A stretch of DNA of 64,000 bases from Paramoeba atlantica (Eukaryota; Protista; Discosea): positions 124,001 through 188,000 of the forward strand of contig CDRNVI010000066.1 of assembly GCA_977017575.1 (NCBI GenBank), given 5' to 3'. The stretch's first letter is position 1. Every line of letters starts with the position of its first letter. The notes beneath the pieces are model-generated. The model searched no databases and was not told the origin of the DNA. It worked only from the letters and a program-made list of their open reading frames with translations. Made by a program: the position numbers and the translations under genes. Positions 30,506 to 38,318 of this stretch are shown here, in pieces.

Positions 30506-32560
30506 TCAAAATTCTGGAAAGCACGTCTCAACGTATTTCTGTGGAAGCGTTAGGTAAACATATAGAGTACGTCCATGATTCACATATTCTATTCTAAAAT
30601 ATTCTGGTCGATCAAGAATGAATTTATTGATGTTACCGTATAGCGACCGGATGGCTTCACGAGCCGCAGTCGTCCATCGATTCAAAAGGCCTTTTACGCA
30701 TGCGCCCTGTTTGGGTATCGAGCGATACAACAAGCGCACAAACAGTCGTTCATTGTACATTGTCGAATCAAAGTCAATGTCTTGACTGGTCGCCCCGCTA
30801 GCACGCTGAATACGGAGTACCCCAGGCCTACCTTCGGATACCGAAATATATTTAGACATGGATGATATTGTTCTCATGCAACGCAAGGGGGCGATAACTT
30901 GAGCTTCTTCGGGAAGCTTGCGAACAATAGATCGAAGATCAGACCACCCGGTCTCTGGACAAAGGTCTCTAAGCGCCTTACCTAGAATGTCTGGATTAGC
31001 GTATGTACCTCTCCCGTGAAAAAGAAGCGATTTTTTTTGACCAATAGTTACCTGCTGCACGCATCCGTCGAGCAGTTCAACGCGAGGGTCCGCTCTTCGC
31101 GTTCTTTGTACGGTTTTTGAGGAACCATCCAGCGAAAAGTGCTCATTGTACTTCCTCAAAAATTTTACGAGAATATCCTGCGAAACAGGTTCGTCAAAAC
31201 AGTTTTCAAAAATTGTTTCGGGTATCTCCTCTTGTATTTCATCAGTTGTAACAGCAGTTTTCTGTTTCACGGCGAATAAATCATAAATGGCAGCGCGGAG
31301 GAGAGCCTCACGATCCTTCAATGTTTCGTCATTACGATAAAGCTTGTCGGCATCCCCTTTTCCCTCATTGCGTAGGAGTGGGCTTAGAAATACCAGACCC
31401 GCACGCGAGGTAGAGGGAGTTTGTATGACGTCACGGGAGAGCACTGTGTGACGTATGTGACGAAAAAAATCGTACTGGTTTATTTTGTAGCCTGCGATGC
31501 TTTCACAAACCCCCTCTGGCATTTGAACACTCCATGTTACAATGGGATATGTAGGAATGTACTTCACCAATTGGTTAATTGATGGATCTCGCAGCACTTT
31601 TTTGGGACTATCGCGGACGGTCGGGTTCTCATGCTTCTTTTTTAATAATTCCTGGTCCTGTCGCCTCGCCTCATGTAGTACGTCCCACAAGACCCGTGGG
31701 ATGGGAATGCCATGGTCATCCAGTTCGACGTTTTCCGCCTCGCAAGGGGAGGTCAAATCTATAGGAGTGCGTCGACCTCTAGGTTTAGGGACATCGGCCT
31801 CTTCATCTTCAGGATCATCTGGGAAATCTAGATCGTTTTGGGGCTGTACAGGTAGCATACAGGAGTCCTCTACAGATTTCTCCCGACGTCGTACTACGTG
31901 ACACTTGTCGTTGGAAAGCATTATTCGAGGATGTTCATTACGCATCAAGACATTCCCTAACCCGCCAAGAGAGCGGCAATCCTTTTTTTCATCGTCAGTT
32001 AGTACCTGATAAAGATCTTTTATGGATAAGAAATTATCGTCCGGAATATGGGGCAGCAAAGTGTCCCAAAAAGCTTCTGAAACAGCTTCTGATTTTGTTT
32101 TATGAAACGCCTTTGTCCGTGTTGCACTATTCTTTTCTATCGCCTTCATTGAACACAAGCGAGATATAACAGGTTCTTTGGTACACGAACGTTTTACTTT
32201 GAAAACCCCATCTGTATCACGAAAAACATCAAAAGATGTCGAATTCGTATACAAGTATGACAAGAGACTACCTTGCATATCCGCAATAAGCACAAGAATA
32301 TAATCGGGCAGGGCTGAAGCAAGGAGACGAACCGGCATAATCTGATTCTGGGGCAAATAATCAAGAACACTTAGCAGAAGTTCTTCTTGTGTACAACGAT
32401 GTCGGGCGCTTCGCATAGTGGTGGTAGACTGTAATCTGCGCTGCTCTGGGCGCTTCAATGCATTTAGTGTCTGAAAAAAAATCTGGCTTCGTGAGACAAG
32501 TACTCGGTTTCTGTTCCACCCTCTTTTATAGAACACGAAGCTAGTGCGCAACAGCAACAT
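30506..32560 (-). CDS. Putative mitochondrial protein with repeated LOTUS/OST-HTH-like modules (paralog of 14875-16665)
   Basis: Likely ATG at 32560 (MLLLRTSF..., Arg-rich presequence-like); modules VLDYLPQNQIMPVRLLASALPD...GSLLSYL and LLYRSIPKQG...LYGNINKFILDRPEYFRI. Confidence 0.55.
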   Translation of the reverse strand: MLLLRTSFVFYKRGWNRNRVLVSRSQIFFQTLNALKRPEQRRLQSTTTMRSARHRCTQEELLLSVLDYLPQNQIMPVRLLASALPDYILVLIADMQGSLLSYLYTNSTSFDVFRDTDGVFKVKRSCTKEPVISRLCSMKAIEKNSATRTKAFHKTKSEAVSEAFWDTLLPHIPDDNFLSIKDLYQVLTDDEKKDCRSLGGLGNVLMRNEHPRIMLSNDKCHVVRRREKSVEDSCMLPVQPQNDLDFPDDPEDEEADVPKPRGRRTPIDLTSPCEAENVELDDHGIPIPRVLWDVLHEARRQDQELLKKKHENPTVRDSPKKVLRDPSINQLVKYIPTYPIVTWSVQMPEGVCESIAGYKINQYDFFRHIRHTVLSRDVIQTPSTSRAGLVFLSPLLRNEGKGDADKLYRNDETLKDREALLRAAIYDLFAVKQKTAVTTDEIQEEIPETIFENCFDEPVSQDILVKFLRKYNEHFSLDGSSKTVQRTRRADPRVELLDGCVQQVTIGQKKSLLFHGRGTYANPDILGKALRDLCPETGWSDLRSIVRKLPEEAQVIAPLRCMRTISSMSKYISVSEGRPGVLRIQRASGATSQDIDFDSTMYNERLFVRLLYRSIPKQGACVKGLLNRWTTAAREAIRSLYGNINKFILDRPEYFRIEYVNHGRTLYVYLTLPQKYVETCFPEF

Positions 32561-33191
32561 CCTAATGAAAAATAAGACGAAACATAAGAGAACTACAAGT
32601 AAGGTTTTACCGTACACCGCGCAATAATATACCCCAGAATAGGAAGAGTTGACCTGACCCCCAATAAGATGTGTTAAAGCAAAGTGTTCTACAGGCTACG
32701 TGAAATACAGATTGGAAAAGATTTTTGGTGTGTAGAAGGTAGTTGCGAAAGCATCTTATCATGTTCTCACGCAAGATCCGAAAATATTCTGGACATACTT
32801 GAGGTTGAGGAAACATTATCGCCGCAAAGGATTCCCGGGAATAGCTATAGTTCATCAATTATCCACCTTATTGAATGGATAATCGAATCATTCGCTCCAC
32901 GTTTGTTTTGGTTCCACGATAAAACAGCGGGATTTTCTTTCTCCGTTTCCTTTCCAGTTCTGCTACTTGAATAGTACTTCCAGGGGACGTGAAACCTCGC
33001 ACTTACGGTCTCGTCCTGCTGAAAGCTCTACAGAAATCCTCTCTACTGCGCTCACCAAGACAAACCCTTTTGTTGAACATTTGAATGGATAGTGACAGCT
33101 TAAAATAAGCTCCACTAAACTAGTGAGCTTCTTAACAACTAGATTCAATTATAATCTTGGTATATCAAGCTAATCCAGTAATTTTTTCTTT

Positions 33192-34247
33192 TTAAGACTC
33201 CGTACTAGACGCCGTTGTCATCGGAACGAGGTGCACCACGGAAGCCCTTTTAAGAACCACGGCAAATTTTAATTCCGGATACTTATTGCCTTCACCCATA
33301 CTTGCTGTGTGAATCGTTTCCTCATTTCGAAGCCACGTCACACAGCCATCCTGATAGTTCACCGAAACCGTGATGTGATCCCCATCCGTAAACGACTCCG
33401 CGGTTTCGATTTTCCGATGGCTCTCAAAATTCGCATACAACACCCCACTCATGTAATACACTGCACACTGCGACAGCTGGTGAAACTCCGTACCTTGATC
33501 CACAAACAACCGCGACACCACCCCAATCCCGACATAGTCCGCTCGTTCCACATGAAACTCCTGCGTGTGCGCTCCCTCTCTCATCCACCCCTCCCCACAC
33601 AAGCTCACCATGTAACTTGACCTCACTCTTTTCTTGGATTCCTCCACCCCGGGGCCGGGTACGAAGGTCCACTCCTCGACCGGGTGTAACCCGAGCAGCG
33701 GTTTCATACTCTCCAGTCCGTAGTAGTGCACATCACAGGAGAGCAGGGCGAGCTCCTCCGGGGGCACCACCACGGGGTAGCCCCTTAAATAGTTAAGCAC
33801 GTGACGAAACGCCCTCCCGTCGCGGTCAATAAAGTAGTGACCGTTCGGGTCGGTGGGGAGGAAGGCGTCGGGGTTGCGGAACGCGAGGGCGAGTAGGCTG
33901 CCGGGTTCTTTTTGGAGCGTAAGGGTTGTGGTACGGTAGCAGGTGCCGCCGACGTTGAGGGTAAGGAAGGGGGAGGAGGAGGAAGACTCCGGATGGGAGG
34001 GTGGAGGGAGGTCGGAAAGGGAAACTGCCGCGTTGGATGACGTTTCGGAGGTGTGGGAGTGTTGAGGAGTGGCGCCGCTGTTCAAGGTGGTAAGATTGAG
34101 GAGGTTGGAATCAGTTTCGAGTTGTGTGGGGCAGGAGGAGGAGGAGTCCTTGTGATGCGGTGTGGGTATGGTGTCGTGGGGAGTATGGGACGAGGGTTTT
34201 GCCATGCGTTCTCCCCGAATTCGCTTTCCCATGGAGACAATATACAA
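33192..34247 (-). CDS. KCTD-type BTB/POZ domain protein with C-terminal SPRY/B30.2-like domain
   Basis: LTLNVGGTCYRTTTLTL...YFIDRDGRAFRHVLNYLRG (BTB_2); SPRY-like YVGIGVV...FTDGDHITVSVNYQDGCVTWLRNE. First ATG is at 34232. Confidence 0.88.
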   Translation of the reverse strand: MYIVSMGKRIRGERMAKPSSHTPHDTIPTPHHKDSSSSCPTQLETDSNLLNLTTLNSGATPQHSHTSETSSNAAVSLSDLPPPSHPESSSSSPFLTLNVGGTCYRTTTLTLQKEPGSLLALAFRNPDAFLPTDPNGHYFIDRDGRAFRHVLNYLRGYPVVVPPEELALLSCDVHYYGLESMKPLLGLHPVEEWTFVPGPGVEESKKRVRSSYMVSLCGEGWMREGAHTQEFHVERADYVGIGVVSRLFVDQGTEFHQLSQCAVYYMSGVLYANFESHRKIETAESFTDGDHITVSVNYQDGCVTWLRNEETIHTASMGEGNKYPELKFAVVLKRASVVHLVPMTTASSTES

Positions 34248-34503
34248 GTATTATAAAATATGTAGAGTAAAAGTTAAATCTGTATGAGTAAAGCTTTGCT
34301 TGGAGTTTATTCGGTGTGTTCTTTACAGCACCTATCGACCAAAAGTACACCGTTTAATAAAGAAGACGTTGGCTTACTGTAACCCCCCTGTTTTTACTTC
34401 ACTTACCAGTTCCCGTTGTTTATGCTTCGTTTGTCAGAAATCCGGGCCGATAGCTTGACGAAATACAATCAGATAAACACTTTTTTACTAAGTGGAACAA
34501 CCA

Positions 34504-35105
34504 AAATATCAGTATAATAACGCTGTTTACTTATCATGGTGCACTCTTGCAGTGTGTATCTGAAGGTGTCCTAAGGTTCAGTGTATGTGTCATCATAGTT
34601 GAAGGAAAATAGGAATGACGAATGTAATACCGTATACCCCCAGTAAAGCATGTAGAATCGGTTTCGGGCCAAAGTGACCATATAATTATTTGGGCGAATG
34701 ATCTTACGGGTGCACAATCTGACTCCTGACTTGGACATTCGCTTTGACTATGCGACTGTAAGTAAAATTCAAAAATTAGGAAAATGCGCCGCACGCAGTT
34801 TTCTTCTCGTTTTATGTGGTTGCTTCTGAAAATATCTTTTTTCTACCGGGGGGTCGCCCAACCACACTCACCCCGCCCAGCAATCCTCACCCGTCCAGCC
34901 ACCCCCGCCCGCTCATGTCTCCCGAATCAAATCCCTGTTACTGGGGGTATGTAGGTAAAAAGGTTTACCTTTAATAAAACTTCTATAAAAGGTAAGGAAG
35001 GGACAACAAATATCAGTATAATAACGCTGTTTACTTATCATGGTGCACTCTTGCAGTGTGTATCTGAAGGTGTCCTAAGGTTCAGTATACGTGTCATCAT
35101 AATTG
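34504..35105. repeat. ~98-bp direct repeat pair (34504-34601 and 35008-35105)
   Basis: AAATATCAGTATAATAACGCTGTTTACTTATCATGGTGCACTCTTGCAGTGTGTATCTGAAGGTGTCCTAAGGTTCAGT is identical in both copies; only a few mismatches near the 3' end. Confidence 0.92.
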
Positions 35106-35484
35106 TACAAGAACGGGTAAGATGAATGCAATAAGCAACTCTCTTAGAAGGGTTTCGTTCACTATGAAGAAGTGTTTTATCAGACCACTAGATAAGAGTC
35201 CGTACAGTATACACTTAATACCCTTTGTATGCCTAACATTTGTATACTCTTAATAACGCATAAACCGTATGCCCTTAGAAATTATGCCACCAAAGTCTAC
35301 CCTGTAGATTCGGGGGGAATGTTTTGTAATCCACAAAAAAGAATATCAGCCATGATCAAAAAAGTCATCATAGTATGTTCAGCTGAAACACGGATGTGAT
35401 AATCATCAGGATGAACGAATTGTGTTGAACAGTTGGTTATACTGTACACTTACTATGACAAGTGTACGGTATAATGAATTCTTC

Positions 35485-35589
35485 TTTTAGTCGCTTCGTT
35501 AAACGCGGTGGATGTTTTCAACTCAGAAGGCACTCATGCTGCGCGCTTCCCGTTGAAAACTATCTCCGCGTTTAACGAAGCGACTAAAA
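35485..35589. repeat. Long inverted repeat/hairpin (~38-bp arms)
   Basis: TTTTAGTCGCTTCGTTAAACGCGG...GTTTTCAAC / GTTGAAAAC...CCGCGTTTAACGAAGCGACTAAAA around a ~29-nt loop. Confidence 0.85.
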
Positions 35590-35847
35590 AAAATCGTGAA
35601 AAGATCATGAATAAACTATTCTTTCGGGGAGAAAATACTCGATTTTTAGGCCAAAGATGCGAAATTTTACCCCGAATTTGGGCCGTTTTTGAAACCACAC
35701 CAGTAGGGGTCGGAGGCGAATCCGACGGAAAAAACGCCATAGAATGGGAACTGAGGTCCCAAACTCTCAAAAATATGAGTGGCTGTGGATATCATCTCGC
35801 GTGATCTCGTATGATCTCATATTGGGCCTCACCCGCAGCCCCTCATA

Positions 35848-36603
35848 CAGTGGTTTCAGTTGATCTTGCCCCCCCTCGGAATTTTGATTTTTTTTATCCG
35901 TTTTTGCTCATCTTTGCAGCATTGGAGAGATCTCGTTCCCCTAGCGAAGAGCTTTGCCGCCTTTTTTTCATAGAGACCCCCTGGTGACCCCTGGGTGACC
36001 CGAAAGTTGACCAAAATAAAAACTTTTTTACCAAAAATAAATTTTTTTACCTATGAAAAATAGAGCAAAAAACGGATTTTATGTCCAAAAGTTAACTCTG
36101 AAGGCAAAGAACTAGTATCCGGAATGGCCTCCATTGTTTTGCAACACGCTTCGAAGTCTATTTGGGATTGAATCAATTGTGTTGCACACATTGTGGGGTT
36201 GTCTTCTCTTTTGTCATTACATTGTTCGACGTACTCCCCCTGTTTGGGGTATGAGGGTCTGATCTTCATAATGTAGAGGTGTTGACTAAATTGAACTAGG
36301 CAATAGAGAGGGTACTAGACATAGAGCTTTCAAATTATCAATTTAGAACGCTATCACTCGTACTTACAAGTGCAAAATATACAGAAAATCGGGAAAATGT
36401 GGCAAAAAATGGTTGTGTACACAGAAAAACTCCGAAAAAACAGTGGTTTTTGGACCCAGGGGTCACCAGGGGGTCTCTATGAAAAAAGGCGGCAAAGCTC
36501 TTCGCTAGGGGAACGAGATCTCTCCAATGCTGCAAAGATGAGCAAAAACGGATAAAAAAAATCAAAATTCCGAGGGGGGGGGCAAGATCAACTGAAACCA
36601 CTG
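35848..36603. mobile_element. 756-bp Tc1-like non-autonomous element (MITE C) with ~150-bp TIRs
   Basis: TA|CAGTGGTTTCAGTTGATCTTGCCCC... and ...GGCAAGATCAACTGAAACCACTG|TA; TIRs at 35848-35996 and 36454-36603 differ only in homopolymer lengths. Confidence 0.92.
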
Positions 36604-36949
36604 TATGTTTGAGGAATCGATTTTGGAAAATATATTATTTTTACTTTTTTTTGGTCAAAAACTTTTTTTTTGGGTGGTCCCAAAAATTTCGGAAATTTTG
36701 ACCTTTTCGGATCCCTCCTGTGCGTACCAGGGGGGATCACCCCCAGGTGGGGGGTGGAAAATTATCGCCGCGGCATACTCTACCACTTCGCTGCGCCCGA
36801 TTTTGAAAAGCGAAAAAAATTAAAAAACATTCGCGACGTATGCCCCCTCCCCAGTAGTGCATCGCCTACAGGCTCACAGCGGAATTTCCCTTCTGGATGG
36901 CTCTCCTCAGTGTCATGCGAGCGAGCCAAACAAAAACAAATTTTGTGTT

Positions 36950-37873
36950 TCAAAATTCTGTGGCTATAATCTCCCGTGTTCGCTTCAAATTGAAGAAAGT
37001 ATAAGTCAGAATAAGATTCTCGACGTTGTTCATTAGAGGATCACGAAGAAAATCCTTGTGAATATAAAAGAAAACAGGCATTTCTACGAGTTCATGTGGT
37101 TTGAAACGCTGTTCCTCGAAACAGAAGCATTGGATCTTGTTCAAGTAGCTAGTAACCTCAGGCGGCGAAATATTATACGTGGAGATTCCATGTAATGTGC
37201 GATTTGTCTTGTTATAGGCGGCGAAGAAAGCCAAACAAGGTTCGCCTACTAGAACGTTCATTGTCTTTTGCAGCGGGACAAACGCAATTGGCATTGAAAG
37301 GCCAGCATCTCCTTGGAAAAAGACTTTGAGAATTTTCTTTCGTTCTGGTGGTTTATCAATGGCCGTGAGCTTTGAATTAGAATCATTCTCTTCATCTTCC
37401 TCGCTTTGTACTCCACTTGAAAAAAATCGAGCATCGAACCCATGCCCGCCCTCACTACAGTAGATCCTATACAGCGGAACGAATAAAAATGTAAGCCCTA
37501 GGGAAAGAATCGCGACAGAAGCCAGACCGGAAAGAAAAGCAGATGTATTCGTCCGCTGTTCATCGTAATTGAAAGTCGAAGGACGCGTGAACCTGAGCTG
37601 TCGAGATTTTCCGACTGTCTCCTTTGCCTGATCTGTAACTGCTTCTTTCGCTACAGGTACTTGGGCGGCTTTGCCTAATGAACGCTTTGTCTTGGACTTG
37701 GATGCTGCTGCAGACTCTACATTGGAGCTCCATCGACGCAGACACAATACATAAGGACCATGATGAGGACTATTTCTTCGCAGTAAGTATGCCTTTAGAA
37801 ATGGATGGATGTGCGATGACGAACAGACCGATCGAGTGCATATTTGTAGGTTAAATCGTGCAGAGACTTGCAT
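36950..37873 (-). CDS. COX11: Cytochrome c oxidase copper chaperone COX11/CtaG
   Basis: TM helix then VPLYRIYC; YLNKIQCFCFEEQ copper-binding motif; EMPVFFYI; LTYTFF. Confidence 0.96.
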   Translation of the reverse strand: MQVSARFNLQICTRSVCSSSHIHPFLKAYLLRRNSPHHGPYVLCLRRWSSNVESAAASKSKTKRSLGKAAQVPVAKEAVTDQAKETVGKSRQLRFTRPSTFNYDEQRTNTSAFLSGLASVAILSLGLTFLFVPLYRIYCSEGGHGFDARFFSSGVQSEEDEENDSNSKLTAIDKPPERKKILKVFFQGDAGLSMPIAFVPLQKTMNVLVGEPCLAFFAAYNKTNRTLHGISTYNISPPEVTSYLNKIQCFCFEEQRFKPHELVEMPVFFYIHKDFLRDPLMNNVENLILTYTFFNLKRTREIIATEF

Positions 37874-38144
37874 TTTTTTTAAAATTTGATCAGCCAGACA
37901 AGATTCGCATATGATTAAGCATGGCTTGTTTAGTAACTTTTTATTGTTGATAAGGTTTTATTCGTTAACAAAGATATTAAAATGGTGACGAAGAAATAGA
38001 TGGCTTAAACTTAATAAAAATTGTCCACAATGAACACATTTTTAGAACTAAATTTCAAACAAAGTAAATGAATCCATCTAAAGTCATTCAAACTAAGAGA
38101 CTCACGAGAACACGAGATTGGCACGAGGTGCTGTGCCGGGCACA

Positions 38145-38256
38145 GTGTGCTCAACAGACTATTCTTTGCTAATAGTATCATGTTCATCTGTTCACATAAG
38201 GTGTGCACAACAGACTCTTCTTTACTAATAGTACCGTGTTCATCTGTTCACATAAG
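38145..38256. repeat. Imperfect 56-bp tandem duplication
   Basis: GTGTGCTCAACAGACTATTCTTTGCTAATAGTATCATGTTCATCTGTTCACATAAG followed by a copy with about 5 substitutions. Confidence 0.9.
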
Positions 38257-38318
38257 GACATACTGCAACTGTAACTGGAGATCACGTGCCTCCCTGCAGA
38301 TACCCACACCCATAGTGA

